64,000 nucleotides of DNA from NCBI GenBank assembly GCA_002269645.1, contig NIVC01003461.1, forward strand, positions 1 through 64,000, read 5' to 3'. The stretch is from Macrostomum lignano. Its lineage: Eukaryota. Positions 1-14,175 of this stretch are shown here, in pieces. The translations under genes and the position numbers were made by a program. Under the pieces are notes generated by a model. That model searched no databases, was not told where the DNA came from, and was given only the letters and a program-made list of their open reading frames with translations. Numbering within the stretch: position 1 is the stretch's first letter; each line of letters starts with the position of its first letter.

Positions 1-212
1 ACGCCCCGTTGGGGAGCCAAAGAAATGCAATATACACGTTTTTTTAATAAGCTACATGTATCCTTGAAATCTTAAAAAATCTCCTGTCAAACCTTGTAAG
101 CCTTGACATGTCAGTAATTCCCCCCACAAGCTCTTAACATATCAACTCCCCCCTTGACATCTCAGCAATGCCCCCAATAAGCCTTGGAAATCTAAAAATA
201 TCTGTCAACCTT

Positions 213-292
213 CTAACCCTAACCCTAGCCTAACCCTAACCCTAACCCTAACCCTACCTAACCCTAACCCTACCTAACCTAACCAACCCTAA
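213..292 (-). repeat. Telomere-like (TTAGGG)n / (CTAACC)n degenerate tract inside Helitron A
   Basis: ctaaccctaaccctagcctaaccctaaccctaacc...; homologous tract at 14400-14461 in copy B. Confidence 0.85.
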
Positions 293-1129
293 AGCATTGA
301 CATTCAGTAATTCTCTCTAAGAGTCATTATAGCACTGCTACAGCATTATAGCGATTCCTGCAAGCCTCGACATCGTAGGGATTCCCAAATGAATCTCTTA
401 ACTTCGACATGAAGCTTCTTTTATTTTTTACATTACGCTTTTTTTATCAGCGATCCCTCCCCTGAGGAGGCATCAAATAATGTAATAAAAAGTTTTCAAT
501 AAACTACATGATTGTTTCACTGTAGCTTCTGACTTTAGCTTTGAAATCTCATTTATACCCCCGTGAGCCTTGACATCTCAGCTATTCCCCCGTAAGCCTT
601 GACATGTCAGCGATGGCCTCCATAAACCTTGAAATCTGAAAAATCCCGCTTAACCTTGAAACCCGATAAAATATAACCCTCAACCCACACCTGACCTTAA
701 ACCTAACTTTAACCAACCTTAAAGCCTTGAATCTCAGCAATTCTTCTCCCTCAAGCTTTGACATCATAGCAATTCGCCAAATGAATCTTTAACTTCGACA
801 TGACTTTTTTTTATGTATACATAGTGCTACTTTATTTTTTACATGACTCTTCATTCTATCAGCGCCCCCCCGTGGCGAGCCAACAAAGAATGTAATAAAA
901 AAATTGAGTAAAGTACATGAACTTTGAAGTAGCTTCTGACTTTTGCTTTGACATCTCAGCAACCCCCCCCCGTAATCTCAGTTATTCTCTGAGAGCCTTT
1001 GACGTCTCAGTTTTTCTCCCCAGCACAGCATTATAGCTGCATTTAATTTTTACATGACACCTTCATGTCTGACATGACGCTTCTTTTATCTTACCATGAT
1101 GTTTCTTAATTTTAAATGACACTTTCCTT

Positions 1130-4100
1130 AGTTTTAATGAGGCTTCTATGATTTTTTTCATGACGCTTCTATGATTTTTACATGACGCTTCTATGATTTT
1201 TTACATGACGCTTCTATGATTTTTTCATGACGCTTCTATGATTTTTTACATGACGCTTCTATGATTTTTTACATGACGCTTCTATGATTGTTTACATGAC
1301 GCTTCTATGATTTTTACATGACGCTTCTATGATTTTTAAATACGCTTCTATGATTTTTAATGACGCTTCTATGATTTTTACATGACGCTTCTATGATTTT
1401 CAGGACGCTTCTATGATTTTTTACATGACGCTTCTATGATTTTTACATGACGCTTCTATGATTTTTTACATGACGCTTCTATGATTTTTACAATGACGCT
1501 TCTATGATTTTTACATGACGCTTCTATGATTTTTTCATGACGCTTCTATGATTGTTTACATGACGCTTCTATGATTTTTACATGACGCTTCTATGATTGT
1601 TTACATGACGCTTCTATGATTTTTTACATGACGCTTCTATGATTTTTACATGACGCTTCTATGATTTTTACATGACGCTTCTATGATTTACATGACGCTT
1701 CTATGATTGTTTACATAGACGCTTCTATGATTTTACATGACGCTTCTATGATTTTTATATGACGCTTCTATGATTGTTTACATGACGCTTCTATGATTGT
1801 TTTCATGACGCTTCTATGATTTTTACATGACGCTTCTATGATTTTTACATGACGCTTCTATGATTGTTTACATGACGCTTCTATGATTTTTACATGACGC
1901 TTCTATTGATTTTACATGACGCTACTAATGATTTTTACATGACGCTTCTATGATTTTTACATGACGCTTCTATGATTTTTTACATGACGCTTCTATGATT
2001 TTTTACATGACGCTTTATGATTTTTACATGACGCTTCTATGATTTTTCATGACGCTTCTATGATTTTTACATGACGCTTCTATGATTTTTACATGACGCT
2101 TCTATGATTTTTACATGACGCTTCTATGATTTTACATGACGCTTCTATGATTTTTACATCTTCTATGATTTTTACATGACGCTTCTATGATTGTTTACAT
2201 GACGCTTTAATGATTGTTTTACATGACGCTTACTATGATTGTTTACATGACGCTTCTATGATTTTTACATGACGCTTCTATGATTTTTACATGACGCTTC
2301 TATGATTGTTTACATGACGCTTCTATGATTGTTTACATGACGCTTCTATGATTGTTTACATGACGCTTCTAATTGATTTTACATGACGCTTCTATGATTG
2401 TTTACATGACGCTTCTATGATTGTTTACATGACGCTTCTATGATTGTTTACATGACGCTTCTGATTTTTTACATGACGCTTCTATGATTTTCAGGACGCT
2501 TCTATGTTACATGACGCTTCTATGATTTTTACATGACGCTTCTATGATTTTTACATGGCGCTTCTATGATTGTTTACATGACGCTTCTATGATTGTTTAC
2601 ATGACGCTTCTATGATTTTTACATGACGCTTCTATGATTGTTTACATGACGCTTCTATGATTGTTTACATGACGCTTCTATGATTGTTTACATGACGCTT
2701 CTATGATTGTTTACATGACGCTTCTATGATTTTTTACATGACGCTTCTATGATTGTTTACATGACGCTTCTATGATTTTTTACATGACGCTTCTATGATT
2801 TTTACATGACGCTTCTATGATTTTTACATGACGCTTCTATGATTGTTTACATGACGCTTCTATGATTTTTACATGACGCTTCTATGATTTTTACATGACG
2901 CTTCTATGATTTTTACATGACGCTTTATGATTTTTACATGACGCTTCTATGATTGTTTACATGACGCTTCTATGATTTTTACATGACGCTTCTATGATTT
3001 TTACATGACGCTTCTATGATTGTTTACATGACGCTTCTATGATTGTTTACATGACGCTTCTATGATTGTTTACATGACGCTTCTATGATTGTTTACATGA
3101 CGCTTCTATGATTGTTTACATGACGCTTCTATGATTGTTTACATGACGCTTCTATGATTGTTTACATGACGCTTCTATGATTTTTACATGACGCTTCTAT
3201 GATTTTTACATGACGCTTCTATGATTTTTACATGACGCTTCTATGATTGTTTACATGACGCTTCTATGATTGTTTACATGACGCTTCTATGATTGTTTAC
3301 ATGACGCTTCTATGATTGTTTACATGACGCTTCTATGATTTTTACATGACGCTTCTATGATTGTTTACATGACGCTTCTATGATTTTTACATGACGCTTC
3401 TATGATTTTTACATGACGCTTCTATGATTTTTTACATGACGCTTCTATGATTGTTTACATGACGCTTCTATGATTGTTTACATGACGCTTCTATGATTTT
3501 TACATGACGCTTCTATGATTGTTTAACATGACGCTTCTATGATTTTTACATGACGCTTCTATGATTGTTTACATGACGCTTCTATGATTTTTACATGACG
3601 CTTCTATGATTTTTACATGACGCTTCTATGATTGTTTACATGACGCTTCTATGATTGTTTACATGACGCTTCTATGATTTTTACATGACGCTTCTATGAT
3701 TTTTACATGACGCTTCTATGATTGTTTACATGACGCTTCTATGATTGTTTACATGACGCTTCTATGATTGTTTACATGACGCTTCTATGATTTTTACATG
3801 ACGCTTCTATGATTGTTTACATGACGCTTCTATGATTTTTACATGACGCTTCTATGATTGTTTACATGACGCTTCTATGATTTTTACATGACGCTTCTAT
3901 GATTGTTTACATGACGCTTCTATGATTGTTTCATGACGCTTCTATGATTGTTTACATGACGCTTCTATGATTGTTTACATGACGCTTCTATGATTTTTAC
4001 ATGACGCTTCTATGATTTTTACATGACGCTTCTATGATTGTTTACATGACGCTTCTATGATTTTTACATGACGCTTCTATGATTTTTACATGACGCTTCT

Positions 4101-7100
4101 ATGATTTTTACATGACGCTTCTATGATTGTTTACATGACGCTTCTATGATTTTTACATGACGCTTCTATGATTGTTTACATGACGCTTCTATGATTGTTT
4201 ACATGACGCTTCTATGATTGTTTACATGACGCTTCTATGATTGTTTACATGACGCTTCTATGATTTTTACATGACGCTTCTATGATTGTTTACATGACGC
4301 TTCTATGATTTTTACATGACGCTTCTATGATTGTTTACATGACGCTTCTATGATTGTTTACATGACGCTTCTATGATTGTTTACATGACGCTTCTATGAT
4401 TGTTTACATGACGCTTCTATGATTGTTTACATGACGCTTCTATGATTTTTACATGACGCTTCTATGATTGTTTACATGACGCTTCTATGATTGTTTACAT
4501 GACGCTTCTATGATTGTTTACATGACGCTTCTATGATTGTTTACATGACGCTTCTATGATTTTACATGACGCTTCTATGATTGTTTACATGACGCTTCTA
4601 TGATTTTTACATGACGCTTCTACGATGACGATCTAGTTTACATGACGCTTCTATGATTTTTACATGACGCTTCTATGATTGTTTACATGACGCTTCTATG
4701 ATTTTTACATGACGCTTCTATGATTTTTACATGACGCTTCTATGATTTTTACATGACGCTTCTATGATTGTTTACATGACGCTTCTATGATTTTTACATG
4801 ACGCTTCTATGATTTTTACATGACGCTTCTATTGTTTACATGACGCTTCTATGATTTTTACATGACGCTTCTATGATTGTTTACATGACGCTTCTATGAT
4901 TTTTACATGACGCTTCTATGATTGTTTACATGACGCTTCTATGATTTTTACATGACGCTTCTATGATTTTTACATGACGCTTCTATGATTGTTTACATGA
5001 CGCTTCTATGATTTTTACATGACGCTTCTATGATTGTTTACATGACGCTTCTATGATTGTTTACATGACGCTTCTATGATTTTTACATGACGCTTCTATG
5101 ATTGTTTACATGACGCTTCTATGATTGTTTACATGACGCTTCTATGATTTTTACATGACGCTTCTATGATTGTTTACATGACGCTTCTATGATTTTTACA
5201 TGACGCTTCTATGATTGTTTACATGACGCTTCTATGATTGTTTACATGACGCTTCTATGATTGTTTACATGACGCTTCTATGATTGTTTACATGACGCTT
5301 CTATGATTGTTTACATGACGCTTCTATGATTGTTTACATGACGCTTCTATGATTGTTTACATGACGCTTCTATGATTGTTTACATGACGCTTCTATGATT
5401 GTTTACATGACGCTTCTATGATTGTTTACATGACGCTTCTATGATTGTTTACATGACGCTTCTATGATTGTTTACATGACGCTTCTATGATTGTTTACAT
5501 GACGCTTCTATGATTGTTTACATGACGCTTCTATGATTGTTTACATGACGCTTCTATGATTTTTACATGACGCTTCTATGATTGTTTACATGACGCTTCT
5601 ATGATTTTACATGACGCTTCTATGATTGTTTACATGACGCTTCTATGATTTTTACATGACGCTTCTATGATTGTTTACATGACGCTTCTATGATTGTTTA
5701 CATGACGCTTCTATGATTTTTACATGACGCTTCTATGATTGTTTACATGACGCTTCTATGATTTTTACATGACGCTTCTATGATTTTTACATGACGCTTC
5801 TATGATTTTTACATGACGCTTCTATGATTGTTTACATGACGCTTCTATGATTTTTACATGACGCTTCTATGATTGTTTACATGACGCTTCTATGATTGTT
5901 TACATGACGCTTCTATGATTGTTTACATGACGCTTCTATGATTTTTAATGACGCTTCTATGATTGTTTACATGACGCTTCTATGATTTTTACATGACGCT
6001 TCTATGATTGTTTACATGACGCTTCTATGATTTTTACATGACGCTTCTATGATTTTTACATGACGCTTCTATGATTGTTTACATGACGCTTCTATGATTG
6101 TTTACATGACGCTTCTATGATTTTTACATGACGCTTCTATGATTTTTACATGACGCTTCTATGATTGTTTACATGACGCTTCTATGATTGTTTACATGAC
6201 GCTTCTATGATTGTTTACATGACGCTTCTATGATTTTTACATGACGCTTCTATGATTTTTACATGACGCTTCTATGATTGTTTACATGACGCTTCTATGA
6301 TTGTTTACATGACGCTTCTATGATTTTTACATGACGCTTCTATGATTGTTTACATGACGCTTCTATGATTGTTTACATGACGCTTCTATGATTGTTTACA
6401 TGACGCTTCTATGATTGTTTACATGACGCTTCTATGATTTTACATGACGCTTCTATGATTTTTACATGACGCTTCTATGATTGTTTACATGACGCTTCTA
6501 TGATTTTTACATGACGCTTCTATGATTTTTACATGACGCTTCTATGATTTTTACATGACGCTTCTATGATTTTTACATGACGCTTCTATGTTTACATGAC
6601 GCTTCTATGATTGTTTACATGACGCTTCTATGATTGTTTACATGACGCTTCTATGATTGTTTACATGACGCTTCTATGATTGTTTACATGACGCTTCTAT
6701 GATTGTTTACATGACGCTTCTATGATTGTTTACATGACGCTTCTATGATTGTTTACATGACGCTTCTATGATTGTTTACATGACGCTTCTATGATTTTTA
6801 CATGACGCTTCTATGATTGTTTACATGACGCTTCTATGATTGTTTACATGACGCTTCTATGATTGTTTACATGACGCTTCTATGATTGTTTACATGACGC
6901 TTCTATGATTGTTTACATGACGCTTCTATGATTGTTTACATGACGCTTCTATGATTTTTACATGACGCTTCTATGATTTTTACATGACGCTTCTATGATT
7001 TTTACATGACGCTTCTATGATTTTTACATGACGCTTCTATGATTTTTACATGACGCTTCTATGATTTTACATGACGCTTCTACGATTTTTACATGACGCT

Positions 7101-10100
7101 TCTATGATTTTTACATGACGCTTCTATGATTTTTACATGACGCTTCTATGATTTTTACATGACGCTTCTATGATTTTTACATGACGCTTTATGATTTTTA
7201 CATGACGCTTCTATGATTGTTTACATGACGCTTCTATGATTTTTACATGACGCTTCTATGATTGTTTACATGACGCTTCTATGATTGTTTACATGACGCT
7301 TCTATGATTGTTTACATGACGCTTATGATTGTTTACATGACGCTTCTATGATTTTTACATGACGCTTCTATGATTGTTTACATGACGCTTCTATGATTGT
7401 TTACATGACGCTTCTATGATTGTTTACATGACGCTTCTATGATTGTTTACATGACGCTTCTATGATTTTTACATGACGCTTCTATGATTGTTTACATGAC
7501 GCTTCTATGATTGTTTACATGACGCTTCTATGATTTTTACATGACGCTTCTATGATTGTTTACATGACGCTTCTATGATTGTTTACATGACGCTTCTATG
7601 ATTTTTACATGACGCTTCTATGATTGTTTACATGACGCTTCTATGATTTTTACATGACGCTTCTATGATTGTTTAATGACGCTTCTATGATTGTTTACAT
7701 GACGCTTCTATGATTGTTTACATCTTCTATGATTGTTTACATGACGCTTCTATGATTGTTTACATGACGCTTCTATGATTGTTTACATGACGCTTCTATG
7801 ATTGTTTACATGACGCTTCTATGATTGTTTACATGACGCTTCTATGATTGTTTACATGACGCTTCTATGATTGTTTACATGACGCTTCTATGATTGTTTA
7901 CATGACGCTTCTATGATTGTTTACATGACGCTTCTATGATTGTTTACATGACGCTTCTATGATTGTTTCATGACGCTTCTATGATTGTTTACATGACGCT
8001 TCTATGATTTTTACATGACGCTTCTATGATTTTTACATGACGCTTCTATGATTTTTACATGACGCTTCTATGATTTTTACATGACGCTTTATGATTTTTA
8101 CATGACGCTTCTATGATTGTTTACATGACGCTTCTATGATTGTTTACATGACGCTTCTATGATTTTTACATGACGCTTCTATGATTGTTTACATGACGCT
8201 TCTATGATTGTTTACATGACGCTTCTATGATTTTTACATGACGCTTCTATGATTGTTTACATGACGCTTCTATGATTGTTTACATGACGCTTCTATGATT
8301 GTTTACATGACGCTTCTATGATTGTTTACATGACGCTTCTATGATTGTTTACATGACGCTTCTATGATTTTTACATGACGCTTCTATGATTGTTTACATG
8401 ACGCTTCTATGATTGTTTACATGACGCTTCTATGATTTTTACATGACGCTTCTATGATTGTTTACATGACGCTTCTATGATTGTTTACATGACGCTTCTA
8501 TGATTGTTTACATGACGCTTCTATGATTGTTTACATGATTCTTCTATTGTTTACATGACGCTTCTATGATTGTTTACATGACGCTTCTATGATTGTTTAC
8601 ATGACGCTTCTATGATTGTTTACATGACGCTTCTATGATTGTTTACATGACGCTTCTATGATTTTTACATGACGCTTCTATGATTGTTTACATGACGCTT
8701 CTATGATTGTTTACATGACGCTTCTATGATTGTTTACATGACGCTTCTATGATTGTTTACATGACGCTTCTATGATTTTACATGACGCTTCTATGATTGT
8801 TTACATGACGCTTCTATGATTGTTTACATGACGCTTCTATGATTTTTACATGACGCTTCTATGATTGTTTACATGACGCTTCTATGATTGTTTACATGAC
8901 GCTTCTATGATTGTTTACATGACGCTTCTATGATTGTTTACATGACGCTTCTATGATTTTTACATGACGCTTCTATGATTGTTTACATGACGCTTCTATG
9001 ATTTTTACATGACGCTTCTATGATTGTTTACATGACGCTTCTATGATTGTTTACATGACGCTTCTATGATTGTTTACATGACGCTTCTATGATTGTTTAC
9101 ATGACGCTTCTATGATTTTTACATGACGCTTCTATGATTGTTTACATGACGCTTCTATGATTTTTACATGACGCTTCTATGATTGTTTACATGACGCTTC
9201 TATGATTTTTACATGACGCTTCTATGATTGTTTCATGACGCTTCTATGATTGTTTACATGACGCTTCTATGATTTTTACATGACGCTTCTATGATTTTTA
9301 CATGACGCTTCTATGATTTTTACATGACGCTTCTATGATTTTTACATGACGCTTCTATGATTTTTACATGACGCTTCTATGATTTTTACATGACGCTTCT
9401 ATGATTGTTTACATGACGCTTCTATGATTTTTACATGACGCTTCTATGATTGTTTACATGACGCTTCTATGATTTTTACATGACGCTTCTATGATTTTTA
9501 CATGACGCTTCTATGATTGTTTACATGACGCTTCTATGATTGTTTACATGACGCTTCTATGATTGTTTACATGACGCTTCTATGATTGTTTACATGACGC
9601 TTCTATGATTGTTTACATGACGCTTCTATGATTTTTACATGACGCTTCTATGATTGTTTACATGACGCTTCTATGATTGTTTACATGACGCTTCTATGAT
9701 TTTTACATGACGCTTCTATGATTGTTTACATGACGCTTCTATGATTTTTACATGACGCTTCTATGATTGTTTACATGACGCTTCTATGATTTTTACATGA
9801 CGCTTCTATGATTTTTACATGACGCTTCTATGATTGTTTACATGACGCTTCTATGATTGTTTACATGACGCTTCTATGATTTTTACATGACGCTTCTATG
9901 ATTTTTACATGACGCTTCTATGATTGTTTACATGACGCTTCTATGATTGTTTACATGACGCTTCTATGATTGTTTACATGACGCTTCTATGATTTTTACA
10001 TGACGCTTCTATGATTTTTATGACGCTTCTATGATTTTTACATGACGCTTCTATGATTGTTTACATGACGCTTCTATGATTTTTACATGACGCTTCTATG

Positions 10101-13100
10101 ATTGTTTACATGACGCTTCTATGATTGTTTACATGACGCTTCTATGATTGTTTACATGACGCTTCTATGATTGTTTCATGACGCTTCTATGATTGTTTAC
10201 ATGACGCTTCTATGATTTTTATATGACGCTTCTATGATTGTTTACATGACGCTTCTATGATTTTTATATGACGCTTCTATGATTTTTACATGACGCTTCT
10301 ATGATTTTTACATGACGCTTCTATGATTGTTTACATGACGCTTCTATGATTTTTACATGACGCTTCTATGATTGTTTACATGACGCTTCTATGATTGTTT
10401 ACATGACGCTTCTATGATTGTTTACATGACGCTTCTATGATTGTTTACATGACGCTTCTATGATTGTTTACATGACGCTTCTATGATTGTTTACATGACG
10501 CTTCTATGATTGTTTACATGACGCTTCTATGATTGTTTCATGACGCTTCTATGATTGTTTACATGACGCTTCTATGATTGTTTACATGACGCTTCTATGA
10601 TTGTTTACATGACGCTTCTATGATTGTTTACATGACGCTTCTATGATTGTTTACATGACGCTTCTATGATTGTTTCATGACGCTTCTATGATTGTTTACA
10701 TGACGCTTCTATGATTTTTACATGACGCTTCTACGATTTTTACATGATTCTATGATTTTTACATGACGCTTCTATGATTTTTACATGACGCTTCTATGAT
10801 TTTTTACATGACGCTTCTACGATTTTACTGACTTCTACGATTTTACATGACGCTTCTATGATTTTTACATGACGCTTCTATGATTTTTACATGACGCTTC
10901 TATGATTTTTACATGACGCTTCTACGATTTTTACATGACGCTTTATGATTTTTACATGACGCTTCTATGATTGTTTCATGACGCTTCTATGATTTTTACA
11001 TGACGCTTCTATGATTGTTTACATTCTTCTATGATTGTTTACATGACGCTTCTATGATTGTTTAATGACGCTTCTATGATTGTTTACATGACGCTTTATG
11101 ATTTTTACATGACGCTTCTATGATTGTTTACATGACGCTTCTATGATTGTTTACATGACGCTTCTATGATTGTTTACATGACGCTTCTATGATTGTTTAC
11201 ATGACGCTTCTATGATTTTTACATGACGCTTCTATGATTGTTTTACATGACGCTTCTATGATTGTTTACATGACGCTTCTATGATTTTTACATGACGCTT
11301 CTATGATTGTTTACATGACGCTTCTATGATTGTTTACATGACGCTTCTATGATTTTTACATGACGCTTCTATGATTGTTTACATGACGCTTCTATGATTT
11401 TTACATGACGCTTCTATGATTGTTTACATGACGCTTCTATGATTGTTTACATGACGCTTCTATGATTGTTTACATCTTCTATGATTGTTTACATGACGCT
11501 TCTATGATTGTTTACATGACGCTTCTATGATTGTTTACATGACGCTTCTATGATTGTTTAATGACGCTTATGATTGTTTACATGACGCTTCTATGATTGT
11601 TTACATGACGCTTCTATGATTGTTTACATGACGCTTCTATGATTGTTTACATGACGCTTCTATGATTGTTTACATGACGCTTCTATGATTGTTTACATGA
11701 CGCTTCTATGATTGTTTCATGACGCTTCTATGATTGTTTACATGACGCTTCTATGATTTTTTACATGACGCTTCTATGATTTTTACATGACGCTTCTATG
11801 ATTTTACATGACGCTTCTATGATTTTTACATGACGCTTTATGATTTTTACATGACGCTTCTATGATTGTTTACATGACGCTTCTATGATTGTTTACATGA
11901 CGCTTCTATGATTTTTACATGACGCTTCTATGATTGTTTCATGACGCTTCTATGATTTTTACATGACGCTTCTATGATTTTTACATGACGCTTCTATGAT
12001 TGTTTATATGACGCTTCTATGATTGTTTACATGACGCTTCTATGATTGTTTACATGACGCTTCTATGATTGTTTCATGACGCTTCTATGATTGTTTACAT
12101 GACGCTTCTATGATTTTTACATGACGCTTCTATGATTGTTTACATGACGCTTCTATGATTGTTTACATGACGCTTCTATGATTTTTACATGACGCTTCTA
12201 TGATTGTTTACATGACGCTTCTATGATTGTTTAAATGACGCTTATGATTGTTTACATGACGCTTCTATGATTGTTTACATCTTCTATGCTTGTTTACATG
12301 ACGCTTCTATGATTGTTTAATGACGCTTATGATTGTTTACATGACGCTTCTATGATTGTTTAAATGACGCTTATGATTGTTTACATGACGCTTTATGATT
12401 TTTACATGACGCTTCTATGATTGTTTACATGACGCTTCTATGATTGTTTACATGACGCTTCTATGATTGTTTACATGACGCTTCTATGATTGTTTACATG
12501 ACGCTTCTATGATTGTTTACATGACGCTTCTATGATTGTTTACATGACGCTTCTATGATTGTTTACATGACGCTTCTATGATTTTTACTTGCGCTTCTAT
12601 GATTGTTTACATGACGCTTCTATGATTGTTTACATGACGCTTCTATGATTGTTTACATGACGCTTCTATGATTGTTTACATGACGCTTTATGATTTTTAC
12701 TTGGCGCTTCTATGATTGTTTACATGACGCTTCTATGATTTTTTACATGACGCTTCTAGGATTGTTTACATGACGCTTCCATGATTGTTTACATGACGCT
12801 TCTATGATTGTTTCATGACGCTTCTATGATTGTTTACATGACGCTTTTATGATTTTTACTTGGCGCTTCTATGATTGTTTACATGACGCTTCTATGATTT
12901 TTACATGACGCTTCTAGGATTGTTTACATGACGCTTCTATGATTTTTACATGACGCTTCTATGATTGTTTCATGACGCTTCTATGATTGTTTACATGACG
13001 CTTCAAGGATTTTTTACATGACGCTTCTACGATTTTGGCAGGACGATTCTATGATTTTACATGACGCTTCTATGATTTTTACATGTCGCTTTATGATTTT

Positions 13101-13585
13101 TACATGGCGCTTCTATGATTGTTTACATGACGCTTCTATGATTGTTTACATGACGCTTCTATGATTTTTACATGACGCTTCTATGATTGTTTCATGACGC
13201 TTCTATGATTGGTTACATGACGCTTCTATGATTTTTACATGACGCTTCTATGATTGTTTATATGACGCTTCTATGATTGTTTACATGACGCTTCTATGAT
13301 TGTTTCATGACGCTTCTATGATTGTTTCATGACGCTTCTATGATTGTTTACATGACGCTTCTATGATTTTGACATGACGCTTCTATGATTGTTTACATGA
13401 CGCTTCTATGATTGTTTACATGACGCTTCTATGATTTTTACATGGCGCTTCTATGATTGTTTACATGACGCTTCTATGATTGTTTACATGACGCTTCTAT
13501 GATTTTTATACGATGCTTCTATTTTTTAAATGACGCATCTATGATTTTTATATGACGCTTCTATGATTTTTACATGACGCTTCTT
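1130..13585. repeat. About 12.4-kb tandem array of 22/23-bp units ACATGACGCTTCTATGATT(G)TTT
   Basis: Directly visible. Roughly 550 units estimated from length. Two dominant variants (ATTGTTT vs ATTTTT). Edges are more degenerate than the centre. Confidence 0.98.
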
Positions 13586-14175
13586 TTTAAAAAGTCTTTT
13601 AGTTTTCCTGACGTTGAAAAGCTTTAATTGAAAAAATTATATTCTATGAAAATTCGAACCATCGTCGCTGCATTTATCAAATTTTGCACATATATATATA
13701 TAATTCAACAGTTTAAAATCCAAGCATAGAGTAAATCACACGAAGCAGTTATGACATAATCAGTTTCTCAGTCAGTCAGTATCAGTTAACAATATGGTTA
13801 CGCAATTTAAATCAAGTCTGGTGCTAGGCTTCCACACTGCATTTTCAATTCAAGTCAGAGTTACAATTCAGTTATGATGCAATCTATTTCAGAGTCAGAA
13901 TTCAACCAGTCAGTTTTTTCTCTAGCATTCTTACAATGCATTTCAAGTCAAAAAGTTTGCTTGACCTTTGCAAAAAAGCATGTTTTTCGAATATTTAATG
14001 CCTCTAGCATTGAGCAATTTCTTAGCCACGATGCATGTACCGTCACGGGAAAATTTCTGATCGAACAGTGCAAGTTCGAACAAAATCGGTCCAGCCATTT
14101 TTTCTCTAATCGATCACATAGATAGATAGATAGATAGATAGATAGACACAGACAGACCATTTTTAGTATATTGGA

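Larger units (their letters stand above)
1..14175 (-). mobile_element. Non-autonomous Helitron-like element, copy A (3' CTAG end lies about 10 nt outside the window)
   Basis: Minus-strand 5' end TCCAATATACTAAAAATGG at 14175. The window starts inside the 3' GC hairpin (minus CTCCCCAACGGGG). 1-1130 and 13590-14175 are near-identical to the corresponding parts of copy B. No Rep/helicase ORF. Confidence 0.8.

Noticed and set aside
213-292. True chromosome end
   Set aside because: The tract is short, degenerate, internal, and duplicated inside Helitron copy B.
1130-13585. CRISPR-like regular repeats (also 29467-32514 and others)
   Set aside because: The units are contiguous with no unique spacers, there are no cas genes, and the context is eukaryotic.
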